This document shows positions 1 to 13,660 of a DNA stretch of 61,260 bases, piece after piece. Numbering within the stretch: position 1 is the stretch's first letter; each line of letters starts with the position of its first letter. A program made the translations under genes and the position numbers. The stretch lies in assembly GCF_001194135.2 (NCBI RefSeq), contig NC_068988.1, positions 59,033,545 to 59,094,804 of the forward strand, read 5' to 3'. Source of the stretch: Octopus bimaculoides. Taxonomy: Eukaryota. The notes under the pieces were generated by a model, which saw nothing but the letters and a program-made list of their open reading frames with translations, was not told the origin of the DNA and did not search any database.

Positions 1-1465
1 AGCACCCGGAAGAAAACAATCTGTTTCCAAAAGAGCAGGAGGGATGCTGCAAGGGCTCATACGTCTTTAAAGATCAATTAATGATCAATAAAGCCATAAC
101 TGAAGACAGCCGCAGAAAGAAGAAAGGCCTCAGTATGGCCTGGATCGACTACCGAAAGGCTTTCGACAGTGTTCCCCACACGTGGATTCTAGAAACACTA
201 GCCATAAACAAGGTGGCACCAATAATTATAAAATACATAAGGCACTCTATCAATAAATGGCAGACAGTGCTAAAGCTCCAAACAAAAGAGGGACTTGTGA
301 AAACGAAAGCCATCCCCGTTAGAAGAGGAATATTCCAGGGAGACACGCTCTCTCCACTCTTGTTCTGCTTGGCATTCACACATTTATTTCACATGCTAAT
401 TAGAACTGGATGCGCTATAAAAGTTACGGCAAATCAAACAGCCACCTCTTATATATCGATGACCTAAAACTATACGATACAAATTATCAATAGCTGGAAA
501 CATTAATAAAGACAGTACATTGATTTACCAAAGAAATATATATCAAATTTGGATTAGAAAATTGCCTCAAAGAAACCCTTGAAAAGTGGAAATCTAGTTA
601 AGTGTAGCAACATCATACTAGATAAAGCCAATGAAATAAGAAAATTATACCAAAGCCAGGCATACATATATCTAGATATCAATGAACTAGATAGGATACA
701 GCACACACAAATGAAAGAGAAAATAAAGAAAAAATACTATAGACGAGTTAGGTCAATACTGAAAATAAAGTTCAATGTTAAAAACAAGATAATAGGTATT
801 AACACTTTAGCCGTCCCAGTTATATGTTACAGCTACAATATCCTTAACTGGACGCTAAATGAACTAACGAAAATAGACAGGTAAATACGAAAAATAATGA
901 CAGGATCTAGTATGTAGCACCCAAAATCTGACATAGAAAGAGTATATATAGAACGTACAGAAGGTGGTAAAGGTCTTATATAGCTGGAAAACTATTATAA
1001 AATAGCCACCATAGGAATGCAAAATACCTACTTCAGAAGCAAGGAAATATAATACAAATTGCCACAAAACACGAGCAAAACAAAAAGCTTTTTCCAGTAT
1101 TTAAGGAAGCTGACAAATACAAACAATGAATCATACTACCTAACAAATATGAAGAAGAAGAAGAAGAAGAAACAACAAAAGCTATGAAACCAATGAAATC
1201 CAAACAACAACTAGAACAGCAACGGACCATGATAAAATGATGGTAAGAAAACCCCCTTCATGGCAAATACTGGGCTAAACTAAATGCAAAAAAATAGACA
1301 GAGAAAAATCCCAGAAATGGTTGAGAAGCTCAAGACTCAAAGTAGAGACTGAAGGATTTTTAATTTCAGCATAAGACCAAAGCCTCCCCACCAGAAATTA
1401 CCACAAACATATAATGAAAGTAAACATAACAAGTATCTGCAGAATATATGGCGATGTTGAGTGAA
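1..1465 (+). mobile_element. Decayed R4/Dong-type (RLE-clade) non-LTR retrotransposon ORF: RT domain to start of zinc knuckle; runs off the window at 5' and is truncated at 3'
   Basis: Translates QEGCCKGSYVFKDQLMIN, MAWIDYRKAFDSVPH, RGIFQGDTLSPLLF, YIDDLKLY (~450-475), INTLAVPVICYSYNILNWT and LKVETEGFLISA; multiple frameshifts and stops. Confidence 0.9.
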
Positions 1466-2036
1466 CAACAAACAAGATGAGGACAAATATCCGTCAAATG
1501 TAAATAATGTAAATAATGCACATAATTCCTCATCTCTTAAATATAGATCTGTATCAAATAGTTGATTTATGCATTACATATACTACTATGCAATACCATT
1601 CCAAAACATGCATGAAAAACCTCATACTGTAAATACCCGACAAAATTAACAAAACCTACATGTGCCATAGAAAAGCCAATCCCCGACAAAACACAACCTG
1701 CGCTGCATAAACAACACACAATACAAAAATTCATAAAAAAAGACTAAAATCAAATTCCATAACAAAGCACAAATCCAATTTAATATCCCCGCACCATAAT
1801 TAAAAAAAATGGATCACACACCATCCCACCAGTACACAGTTGCAACAAATGATATAATAAAATGTTACTTGAAACTTACGGATGTCGAAATATAATAGTG
1901 GTGATGACGATGGTGACAAACTTTACCTTAATTTAGTATATAAGGGACAGGAGTTAGCGTAGAATCTGGTTGTAACCGGGAAAATGAAGCTGGACCTATA
2001 AGAGAAATCCTCTCGCTCAGCAATGGTTCAGTAAAG

Positions 2037-5000
2037 ATGCAGACTGACCATAGCTGTTATCCTAATGCAGCATCAGGGAGGAGGATATGGACCAGCGAAC
2101 AAAACAGGATAGTGATGCAGTGCTATTTAGAAAGTGAACCTCAAAAGAGGGGTTATAGAAAACGGATGTCAACACTTTTGGTAGAGAAGGGTATGTTTAA
2201 AGTGACGAGCAGAAATTAGTTGATCAGGCTAATGTTATTTGGAGAAAAAAATTGATGACAGAATTGGAAGTAGAAGAGGTCACAAGAGAACTGGAAAAGA
2301 AAGACCAGGCAGTGGGAAAGACAAACAACAACGTAAGAGATACAGATCAAACCAAAGAAGAACCTAAAGGAAACAATAATAATAGCGTTACCAATAAGGA
2401 AGGAACAACTGGCACACGCGAACTAAGTGATTTAAGTGAGGAAGATCAAAGATCTTAGTTATAATTGCAGGAAGTAATGAGTAGAGAAGTACGAAAAAGA
2501 TTGCCAGCATTAATCGGCACAAGCAAAAGGTGGCTCCTAGATATGACTAGGAAAGTAGATTCTGCTATCAGTAGGATTGATACTAAAAGTATAGGAAACA
2601 ATAAATTAATGATCTCTGCAAGAGAGGTAGTAATCACCAGACGATTAGACATCTTTAAAAAAAGAACAAATGAGAAAAAGGATACCACAAATGAGAGTCA
2701 GGACTTTAAGACAATACCTGAGTAGAATAGAAACCTGGAACCTGAACAAGTTAGGAAACACAAGGTACAAATCTTTTCCCGAGAAAAGATACATAGCCAA
2801 AGAGAAAGGATTTGGGACAGTAATAGAAGAGATGATACAACGTATCATAATAGAAGCAGGCACGCTCCCGAGATATCAGAAAAGAATAGATCAGTATCAA
2901 CGGAATAGATTATTTCAGATAGACCAGAGGGGAATTTATAATCAAATGTATTGTGGAGGAAGATGAAGAACCTAATGTAGAAGAAGCTAGAAATTTCTGG
3001 AGTAATATTTAGGATAAGCCAGTCAACCATAATGGAGATGCGGTACGGTTAAAAAAGTGAGGGAAGAAATAGTGAGGGAAGGCATAGTGAGAGAGAAGCA
3101 GTCAGATCTAAAATTAACTAGTGCATTAATGAGTAAAGTGTTAGGAAAAATGCCGAATTCGAATGGCCAAGACCAGATTTAGTACAACGTTACTGGTTAG
3201 AGAAATTTAGTAGTTTACATGGGGGGGGGGAGGGAACAACTTCAAGGTTGCGTTAATGGAGGAATAATGCCAGATTGGAGGACTAGAGGTAGGACAATAC
3301 TCATCATGAAAAATAAAAGCTAACAACAATAGACAGATTACTTGCTTACATTGGTGTGGAAGCTGTGAGCAGGAATGCTTTCAGGAATCATTTACGAGCA
3401 CCTTGACAACCCATTCTTACTGCCAGAAGAACAGAAAGGTTGCAGGAAGAAGGCAGGAGGAACAGACAAAGCAGTTCTAAATGAATTAAACGCTAGAAAG
3501 AAAAATCTAACAATAACATGGAAAGGTTATAGGAAACCTATGACATGATAATACACTCATGGATTCAGTATAGTAGACAACATAAGAGAATTATCTAGTT
3601 ATAGTATGAAGAAATGGAAAGTAGATATCTACTCTGGTGACATGCAGGTAGAAGTTAATATCAAAAGAGGAATTTTCCTGGAGGACACGTTGTCACCTTT
3701 AATATTTGTGTTATATTTGATCCCCTTCATTTAGTATTAAGGAAGGCAAAGGGAGAGTATCAGTTCAGAAATAGTAAGGGAAAATTTAACCATTTGCTCT
3801 ACATGGATGATCTGATGCTTTTTAGTAAGAATGGGTAAAAGATAGATTCCTTAATGCATACTGTAAGACACTTCAGAAAAGATATAGGTATGGAATTTGA
3901 TACGGATAAGTGTGCAATATTAGTGATGAGAAGGGGACAGGTAGTCAACAGCCAAGGCATCCAATTACCAGATGGTCATACATTAATATTATTGAAAGGA
4001 AGACAGAGGTATAAGTATCTAAGTGTATTAGAATCTGACAGAGTACTAACTATAGAGATGTAAACGAAAATTGAGTAGTACATTTGAACAGTGAGGAAGC
4101 TAATAAAGTCATAGCTAAATGGTCCTAATCTAGAGAAGGCTGTAAATACTTGGGCAGTATCATCACTTAGGTAATCAGCAGCTTTTTTAGATTGGACAAA
4201 AACTGAATTAGCAAAGCTAGACAGAAGAATTAGGGCGAAATTTATTTTGAATGGAAGACTCCACAAAAGGGCAGGAGTAGCAAGATTATACCTACCTGGA
4301 AAGGAAGGCAGAAGAGCGTTAATATCAGTAGAAGACTGCGTGGAGTTAGCTAGACTAGATAAAGACTCCTAAGTAGGTAATAGTGAAGTAAATTTATAAA
4401 AAGCTGCTAGACGCACAGCAAGACATAAGGAAACTAAAAATTCAAATGAAGTTAAAAACCAGAAAAACTACCTGACTGGCAGGAGAAGGCAATGCATGGT
4501 TGATTAAAAAAATATAGTTGCAGAAGATAGTTGTCGTGAGACATGGTTCTGGTTGCAGAAAGGAAAGCTGCAAAGGGAGACATAAAGTTTGTTGGTGGCT
4601 GCGAAAGATCAGACATTTAGGAGTATTTGCATAAAAGTCAAGATAGACAATCTAGTAATCCACTGGAAGCTATGTAGAAACCTCAGATTTGAACATACTG
4701 ATAAATGGTATGAGCATGAACCTAGTAAAGTACCAGAGAATAAGAAATACAAGCTGTTGTGGGACTTTAAAATTCAGACTTACTGAGTAATAGAAGTTAG
4801 AACGACTTATTTGGTTGTAGTAGATAAAGAAAATAGAAAATGCCAGTTAAGTGACTTTACACTCCTACATGATGAAAAATGTATATGAGAAGTATAGAAA
4901 CAAATAGCAGTGTACCAGAACCTAGCTATTTAATTATAGAGACAATGGAAAGTGCGGGAAAACGTATCTCAGTAGTTATAGGTACATTGGGAACTACCCA

Positions 5001-5187
5001 TAAAGAACTGAACAAATGGATAAAGGAAATAGGCATAAAGCCCAATTTAGTACAGCTCTAGAAAACAGTGTCATTAGGGACACCTAGGCTACTTAGGAGG
5101 GTTCTTGGCATCTAAGGTTAGTTGCTGTTGCCTGATGTTAGGATTTCTTATATCCAGTCGGTGTAGCCTATTGAGTGTGTATGAAAC
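2037..5187 (+). mobile_element. Near full-length decayed R4/Dong-type non-LTR retrotransposon (RT plus restriction-like endonuclease)
   Basis: N-terminus WTSEQNRIVMQCYLESEPQKRGYRKRM; LLPEEQKGCRKK (~3420); HLLYMDDLMLF (~3790-3825); RLE region KLLWDFKIQT..LVVVDKENRKC (4750-4850); ends LGTPRLLRRVLGI* (stop 5113-5115), then a short 3' UTR and a (TAA)n tail. Confidence 0.9.

Positions 5188-5272
<85 letters not shown>
5188..5272 (+). repeat. (TAA)n microsatellite / retrotransposon tail
   Basis: About 28 perfect TAA units directly after the element 3' UTR. Confidence 0.95.
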
Positions 5273-5499
5273 CCTGGAAATAGAGATAACTCGAATGTGG
5301 AATCTAAAAACAGAAACAATTCCTATCATAGTAGGTGCCTTAGGTATAATAAAAAAAATATTCAGACAAATACATAACAAAAATAGCAGGACTTACAAAT
5401 ATATATAACATACAGAAAATTGCACTACTGGGTACTGCATACATTCTACGCAAAACACTTTCAATACAGTAAACATAAGAGCACCACAGCAAACCACAG
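5273..5499 (+). mobile_element. 5'-truncated 3' end of another R4/Dong-type element, starting at the (TAA)n tract
   Basis: LEIEITRMWNLKTETIPIIVGALGIIKK...QKIALLGTAYILRKTLSIQ* is the typical RLE C-terminus; runs into the N-gap. Confidence 0.85.
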
Positions 5500-6688
5500 N
5501 NNNNNNNNNNNNNNNNNNNNNNNNNNNNNNNNNNNNNNNNNNNNNNNNNNNNNNNNNNNNNNNNNNNNNNNNNNNNNNNNNNNNNNNNNNNNNNNNNNNN
5601 NNNNNNNNNNNNNNNNNNNNNNNNNNNNNNNNNNNNNNNNNNNNNNNNNNNNNNNNNNNNNNNNNNNNNNNNNNNNNNNNNNNNNNNNNNNNNNNNNNNN
5701 NNNNNNNNNNNNNNNNNNNNNNNNNNNNNNNNNNNNNNNNNNNNNNNNNNNNNNNNNNNNNNNNNNNNNNNNNNNNNNNNNNNNNNNNNNNNNNNNNNNN
5801 NNNNNNNNNNNNNNNNNNNNNNNNNNNNNNNNNNNNNNNNNNNNNNNNNNNNNNNNNNNNNNNNNNNNNNNNNNNNNNNNNNNNNNNNNNNNNNNNNNNN
5901 NNNNNNNNNNNNNNNNNNNNNNNNNNNNNNNNNNNNNNNNNNNNNNNNNNNNNNNNNNNNNNNNNNNNNNNNNNNNNNNNNNNNNNNNNNNNNNNNNNNN
6001 NNNNNNNNNNNNNNNNNNNNNNNNNNNNNNNNNNNNNNNNNNNNNNNNNNNNNNNNNNNNNNNNNNNNNNNNNNNNNNNNNNNNNNNNNNNNNNNNNNNN
6101 NNNNNNNNNNNNNNNNNNNNNNNNNNNNNNNNNNNNNNNNNNNNNNNNNNNNNNNNNNNNNNNNNNNNNNNNNNNNNNNNNNNNNNNNNNNNNNNNNNNN
6201 NNNNNNNNNNNNNNNNNNNNNNNNNNNNNNNNNNNNNNNNNNNNNNNNNNNNNNNNNNNNNNNNNNNNNNNNNNNNNNNNNNNNNNNNNNNNNNNNNNNN
6301 NNNNNNNNNNNNNNNNNNNNNNNNNNNNNNNNNNNNNNNNNNNNNNNNNNNNNNNNNNNNNNNNNNNNNNNNNNNNNNNNNNNNNNNNNNNNNNNNNNNN
6401 NNNNNNNNNNNNNNNNNNNNNNNNNNNNNNNNNNNNNNNNNNNNNNNNNTGATAAATTTGAAAGTGTCTCTAAAAAAATTCACGGTAATTCTTGGCCATG
6501 CGACACCAAAAATCAACGATAAGAAAGGCACTTACGAATTCATCGGCTAGCGAGTTCAGGCACCCCACCTCAAAGAAATCTATTCCATGTGCGTCACAAA
6601 TAGTCCCGTATGAAAAAAAGTCCCGTGACAAAATTATAACTTTGTTGTTGGTCTGACCTTATAATGCCGACAAGTGTTTGTAATTCAT

Positions 6689-6734
<46 letters not shown>

Positions 6735-7387
6735 ACACAAATGCACTCTCACTCACGCACACACACCACACATATTTATTAACATGTACATATACACGAA
6801 TATATATAGAGATAGGATATATCAGTAAAATATATGTCAATACAATGTTATCAAACCTATCCAAAATTTGAGAATTGCAAATTGAATATCTTGACATAGA
6901 GTTTATAAATGCTAACAAAAAGAACGACCAAATGTATATGTATGTGGGTAATTTTAATCGACTCAAGTTACAATGTAACTTCAAGTTCGAAATATTTGTC
7001 CTGCCATCTTTTAAACATGGTTTGATAAGTGCTATGAACCAGATCTCAGCCCACCAGTCACGTCGTCACTTCTGTTTCAGTAATTAGATTGCAACAATGC
7101 AAGGCTTCTTAAACCACTAACAATTTATAGTATATCTGGTATTTATTCTACCATAATTTGCTTAACAACTATGTATTTATATATGTACTTACGAACAAAT
7201 ACATACAGATATGCTCTCTCTCTCATTCACTATCTCTCTCTCTCTCTCTCTCTCGCCCTCACATACACACATTGCTTTGACAAGTATCTAAGTTAAAACG
7301 CTTGAATGCTCACCTGTTGATAAGTGCAAAATGCAAGTATAGGCACAGTTGTAATGATACATTTCGCTCGCTGTCGTTTGACCTATA

Positions 7388-7545
7388 TTTCTTTCTACTG
7401 TTGCTACAAGACATGAATGGGTGGAAAAGGGAGAAAGTCGATTACATAGACGCCCACACCTCAGTGTTTCACCATTACTTAATTTGTCGACACCGAAAGG
7501 ATGAAAGGTATAGTCGAACCCGAAAAGATGCTAGGTAAGGTCAAC
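7388..7545. mobile_element. SINE-like repeat fragment
   Basis: Contains gtcgattacatagac...cagtgtttcaccattacttaatttgtcgacaccgaaaggatgaaaggtatagtcgaacc, which I recall as a common octopus short interspersed repeat; not verified. Confidence 0.5.
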
Positions 7546-9154
7546 CCCGTATTTAGACATTTATTAACGACACCGTTATAACAGATCCATTGAATTATTG
7601 GCAACAATTTCCTGAAAGTGATGTACGTATATATACAACGTCCTTTCACAAATATACATACGCATTCCCGCACATATTTCCCTCACGCGCTACCCACCCC
7701 GTCTCTAAATATGAATGTGTATATATAAATACACACACCAGCACTCTCTCACACACAGACATGCTCACGTACGCATACTAGATACATATGTATATAAATA
7801 AACACATAAATCCGCATAAATACACACACATATGTAGATAATAATGCAATAATGCCTCTCTTACCTTGTTCTAAATCTTAGATGACTTAAATCGTTATTT
7901 GCAGGATCGATTATTCCATATTCGCTTTTTGTCATATTGGTGGTAATTCTTCTGTTATATTACACATGTATAACGAACCATACAATTATAATCATGAAGT
8001 AGGTGCCCTTAGTGATGACGTAATGGGCGTGTCACGTGTCATTTGACAGTCGCTAAATCGTTTACACATTTCATATTCATTTGAAGGTGAGATGGCTTCT
8101 GGCCTTCCTCAGCTGTTCTTGTTTTCTCTGTCTCAGCGTTCCTATATTCACTATATTTGATAAAGCTTGTTTATTTAAACTTATCTGATTTTATCATCGT
8201 TTTTTTTTTTACTTGTATCATTATCATTCATCTGAGAATTATTTTACCAGTTACCTGAACTCTAAAGAGTTTGTAAAACTGGTTTTGGTTGAAGTACTTG
8301 ATATCGATGACATACTTTAAATAATAACAACAGATTATTAGTATAATAGGTTTGCCACATTTGTCTAGCCTCATACACATTTCTATGGCTGTACAGTATT
8401 TATAAACAACTGTCATAACATTTTATCGCAGAGAATCACGTCTTTTAAATATTTTAAGACCAGTCATATATAGATGACTGACGATTTTCAGTAACACTTG
8501 CAACAATCGGTGCTTCCGTTCAACAGATTAGTTAATGGTATCAGGTATTCTGTAGAGGTCAGAACAATACTGTTGGAGTACTCTTCGTCGCGGAGAAGTG
8601 AATGTTTGATGAGGGGGCCTGTCAAGCCTACCAGATTTGGAGGAGCATTGTAGAAAATAAAGGAGAGTATATTTTAGATTGAAAAAATAACTTTATCTTA
8701 ATTTTGAAAAATTCATTAAGTATAAAGAGAGGCATTATTTATGGGATGGCCCAACAGGCTTTTCTTTGACCAGAACTCATCATCTTTTGCAAATTCCAGT
8801 TGAAGATAAAAATGAGGATAGAGAGGCGAGATCTGCTCTCCCCCATTTTTTTTTTTTTGATGGTTGAATATAGTGGGGATAGCCCATGTGAACTGGCCAA
8901 TTCGTAAAAGGTATTTATACGTGAAAAGAGATGAGGAAGTGAGAAATTTTAACTTGAATGTCCTTGGAGACTAGGGTGACCAAGAGGTGTGAGTTTCTTT
9001 GTTAACCCTGGGCAGAAATCCCCACTTTGGAGGAATTTCAGTATTCAAATTTTGGGGATAATTGTTTTTATTGTATACAGGAGTTTTTGTGCTAAGTCCT
9101 AATTTTATATTGTCCCTTTTCATTTTATGCCCGGCGCTTGTTTCCAAAAAAGGA

Positions 9155-9188
<34 letters not shown>

Positions 9189-12100
9189 CTTTTAACCCTG
9201 GTTTTGTTTGAACTCCTGAAGTATTGGAGCCTACAGTACTGCAGCCTACAGTACCATGCTATCTGTTCTTTTCGACTAGGTAATACTTCCTTGATTATTC
9301 TGGACGTCTCAAGGAAGCAAAACCTTTGTAACAGCTTTGTGGGTCACTCTATTCTGATTTCCTTTATATTTCTAGTGATGCCTTCTGATACCGTCCCCAA
9401 CGACCCCAACAATAATTGGCACTATCTTCATTCCTTTCATTTTTTTTATAGCCGGGCTATTTCGTACTATATAAGATGGTATGTGTCTCTATTTTCACCT
9501 TCCTTCTTGATTATTCGTGGGTCAAAAGGACACGCAACATCAATTATATAACACATTGCTGCTCCTTGTCCACCACAACCAGGTGAGGGTTGTTATGCTC
9601 TTGCACCTGATCTGTTTGGACTTGGAAATCCCACAGGATTTTACAGGTCTACCACTCCACTCTCAGCGGTTTGTGCTCTCTAGACCCCCACTTTTTGCAT
9701 AGTTTCCATTGTAGCATTCTCACTACATCATGTCACCACTTATAGTTGCTTGGAGTAAATCTAGGGTATTCTTTAACGATACGGGCAGTGGCTTCGTCCG
9801 CCCTATAACAGACGTACAAAAGTGGAGAGTCTTGCACATTCCTAATGTTGACTCTCTAATTTGTGACCAAAGCTTGGTTTTGTGCTGCCAGTATGGAACT
9901 ATCAGCCTCTTTTTTCAGCGCTCTTTTCTTCAGCGAGTTCAATCTATGATTTCCAGCAACTTCAGTTGTGGTTACATGAAATTAATTGTGTAATTCCTTA
10001 TCGTGTAATGCTTCTTCATATCCTTTTGTACTTCTTGTTTTGAGTTTTTACTTTTTCTCTACTTTGAATAAGCTCTGATGGCATGATACTAATAAGTTTT
10101 CCATAGTTTGGGCTAGGTAATTTTTAAAGATATAGCGTTTGGTGTGCTCGCAGTCTTCCACACTTATAATTTCCCTTCCTCCATTTGCTCTCTTCGTGTA
10201 TATATGTTCAGTATCTGCAGGTGTGTGATTGACTCCATGATTTACTCAATGCTTTCTTGTCTTCTGATCCAACTGCTTTAGCTCATTCTGTATCCACTTC
10301 ATCCCCATCCCGAAATGTTGCGAGTGCGGGCGTGTTTACTTGGTTTGATCAATAAGTATTGGGGCTGTTGTGATGTTAACGAAGCTACAGTATACAGAGT
10401 GAAGTCGCTTGGTACAGATTGACCGTGAACTTTGCTGTGCATGCGTATCAAGTTTAAACGTTCTGGCTCACTTCCACTCTTTCTAGCAGTGCTTGGAAGG
10501 ATTGTGTGTAGCGTGTGATCGTCGTATTGAACATGAGAGAGAAAGGTGAGCAGAGAATCTGCATCAAATGTTGCCAAAAGCTTGGCGATACCTGCTCAGA
10601 GGCCTGCGCAATGTTTTCAGAATGTTTTCATCGTTCTGAACACTATCAAGGAGACCATGTACAACTGAAACCCGAGTGTGCTTTTAGTCAGCTGAAAGCA
10701 GTTTTGGCACAAACTTGCAGACATGCGTCTCATACCCAAATCGTTGGTGATAATTGACTGAAATGAACCGTAACTAATCTGGACATCCTCTTATAGCTCA
10801 TGGATTGTAATTCAGCGATTTTCTGTCACACCTGCACGCACGTTTGCCATGTTTTTCTCACTTCTGCTGCTTGCAAGTCTCAACAGTTTTTCGGCCATTT
10901 TGGAAACGTGTGAAACACTCGTACACTTGTGTACGGCTCATACACTTTCTGCAACTTTGCGTAGGCCTCTGGTCTGGTATCGCCATGACAACTTTAGCTT
11001 TGTTACTATGGCAACAGTCCGGATACTTATTGATCTGACCGCGTATTGCCAAAATAATATCTCTGACATTCAGCTTTGAATCCAATATTTGTCTCATTCA
11101 CTGCTGTTATTCTTTCTTTGTCTGCTCTGTTATCGAATCGTGACTAATTCCACTGCCTCAAGTATCCCCAGGTATTTATATCCGCAAACAAGTTCGATTA
11201 CTTTCACGTCTCTACTTGGCATATATATACTCTCTGTTCGGGTAAGTTTTCCTCATGTCACTACCATTTGAGAACATTTTGAGTTCATATTCGAAAATAT
11301 CCACAGAAACTGGTCGAGACTGAACTGTTCTATCTCACTGATTGTGAACAACTTCCTGATGGTTAAGTTTACTTTTACCACTTCCCAAATCATATCCCAA
11401 TTTTGTCTTCTGTAGTGTTTCCTTCAAGACGATTATATCCAGCGCAATTATCAGTGAGGATACATTGTTCCCCTGAGAGATTCATCTCCTAATCTTCACA
11501 TCTAATACCAAATTCCCTGCTGTCAATTCAGTTCTCCAGAATTTCTTACTGTTCCATTTTCATGTGTTGTGCTACTCCATACATTTCCATAGTTTTGTTA
11601 TCAAAGAATGTTGTATCATAACATTTGCCTTTATAAAAACCAATCCAAGCTATGCTCAGATTTGTGTATCTTCGCCTGCCGTTTCTGATAATTATTCAAT
11701 CAATTAACAGCTGATCTTTCGTTCCGTGATTCCTCTTTCGGCACCCTTTCTCTTCAATAGTTAGTGAACAGCATTTTTCTAAATATCTATAGGGTGCACC
11801 GCTCAAAGTACCTGATAACCGTTTCCAAATTAGCGGAAGACACGATGGATATAATGTTGCCATCTCAGGATCGTTGGCACACAACAATATATTTTTCTTT
11901 GTCATCAAGCTGAGTACTAATCCTGCGAGCATTCATCCAGCAGTTGCACCAGCCTTTCATCGAGCCCTCTCAGCATCTTCGTGGACACCATCTGATTCCT
12001 TCAAATTTGAGAATTTCTGTAACTAATTTTTTCATTATTTCTATACTATTTCAGATAACCATGGCCCTGTGTATTACTTAAACTGTCTTGGATTCCAGGA

Positions 12101-12850
12101 AGCAACTCCGCTTTATCATTAAGCCTTACTGGTTGATCTTAAATCCCTCTCCTGAATGACATGCATTCGTCTGCATCAAGCATATCGGGTGTAATTGCCC
12201 GTCTAGTCTCCCAACCAGTATTTATATCGAGACACTATCTCTGGTAATATTGTCAACCAACACAATCTTGCTAGAGATTTTTGGTGGTGTGACTTTTTCT
12301 TGCATTGCGCAATACACGGTTGCTATTTTGGTCACGCTTTTCTGGCCTTCTCTTAACTGTTTTTATCATAGCATTGGCTGTCACGCCACTGATAGTGCTC
12401 TTCTTTACCCTGTTTTGTTTTTGTTACGAGGGTAGAACGCAGAACGTCACCAGACTCACTCCCGTAAAGGCTTCGAACTCTGATCTGTTCTACAGGCTGC
12501 TCAACTAGTCAGGTTGATTTTCTCCAGCTGGTCAGTCTTTATATCGGGAAATACCTTCAGCGCGATCAAAGTGCAATTCTCCATCCTTGACATTTTGTCA
12601 TCCAGGAATGTTTCACTCTCCTAAAAAAACCACAAATGCAGGTCTATGGCACCTTTCGTATTCTTATTTTCATTGAGGAGGGAAGTGTTCAGCTGTTAAA
12701 CGTTTGATGGTTGGAAGATTTTTCATTTTGGATATTTTTTAGCGAGACGATGTAATCTTGTATATGATATTTTTTAAACTCTAGCCAAAATTCTTTCTAT
12801 TTTTGCAGGTGAAGCAAACAATTGTCATTTAAAAGGATCAATCACAAGAT
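9155..12850 (-). mobile_element. Decayed R4/Dong-type non-LTR retrotransposon, interrupted by a mariner insertion at 10337-11045
   Basis: Minus strand: EEKGCRKRNHGTKDQLLID (~11700-11755), GYKYLGILE, RQILDSKLNVRDIILAI|NTPALA across the insertion, WIQNELKQLDQKTRK, RLE NPHLVVVDKEQQC, KIVPIIVGVVG; (AAT)n tail at ~9155-9187. Confidence 0.9.
10337..11045. mobile_element. Non-autonomous mariner derivative made of two inverted 5' ends, with TA target duplication
   Basis: 54-bp terminal IRs (41/54 identical), TA at 10337-38 and 11044-45; + arm encodes EQRICIKCCQKLGDTCSEA; - arm encodes MSRTQVYECFTRFQNG...DLGMRRMS.KFVPKLL...NDENILKT. Confidence 0.85.
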
Positions 12851-13001
12851 ACATAGTGGTTTGAATAAAATAAATAAAAAAAAAGAAAAGTTCGGAAACA
12901 TTTTACATAAAAACATGTACCAGTCGTGTGAAAACAAGAATTTTTAGCAAAACTTACGCAGCTTGTTCTTAAATACGTTTGACGTACTCTGTGTGAAAAT
13001 A

Positions 13002-13087
<86 letters not shown>

Positions 13088-13108
13088 ATATTAATAATAA
13101 TAATAATA
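13002..13108 (+). repeat. (TAC)n then (TAA)n microsatellite
   Basis: About 28 TAC units (13002-13086) followed by a short TAA run. Confidence 0.95.
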
Positions 13109-13159
13109 CAAGGTTTGTCTTGGTATAAAAGATGATCTACAACAAATATTCTGCTTACT

Positions 13160-13587
13160 AACACAGATTCTCTTGTCAGTTATTTCGCCTTAACCAACAA
13201 AGCATCTTTCATAATAACTTGCCATATATACATCTTTGTTCACGAGCAGGAGTATTGGACATCATAGCTATAGTCTCAGAGGAATCCTTAGGGGTTTGAA
13301 TAATTCATCTCTGGAAGCATGGCTGTGTTCTTTTCATCATTAGAGAAGCCTCATCAAGGGACCTTTTGAGTGGGATGGGCTACTCGACCTGCAGACAATT
13401 CTAACTGGGGCCCACCTGCTAGGTGATGTGCTGTTCATCTTGATATGATATTAGCATGTTGTGCACATATAGTTATGGTGCATGTGCTAGATGTACACTT
13501 ATCAGATTTCTAATCAGAATAGTTATAGGGGGCTTCGTACATTTGTGCCCCAGTGTCAATTTGATGGCATGCACTGCTCTCTTACAC

Positions 13588-13646
<59 letters not shown>

Positions 13647-13660
13647 TGATAATAATAATA
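13160..13660 (+). mobile_element. Retroposed repeat 3' end (SINE or LINE UTR) with (AAT)n tail
   Basis: About 430 bp of GC-richer non-coding sequence ending gcactgctctcttacac followed by ~22 AAT units. Confidence 0.45.

Noticed and set aside
1880-2036. Possible HDV-like ribozyme at the 5' end of the R4 element
   Set aside because: Could not build the nested double pseudoknot by eye.
5420-6550. Long ORFs spanning N-runs (also near 22.2, 25.8, 41.7 and 51.3 kb)
   Set aside because: They are open only because N codons contain no stops.
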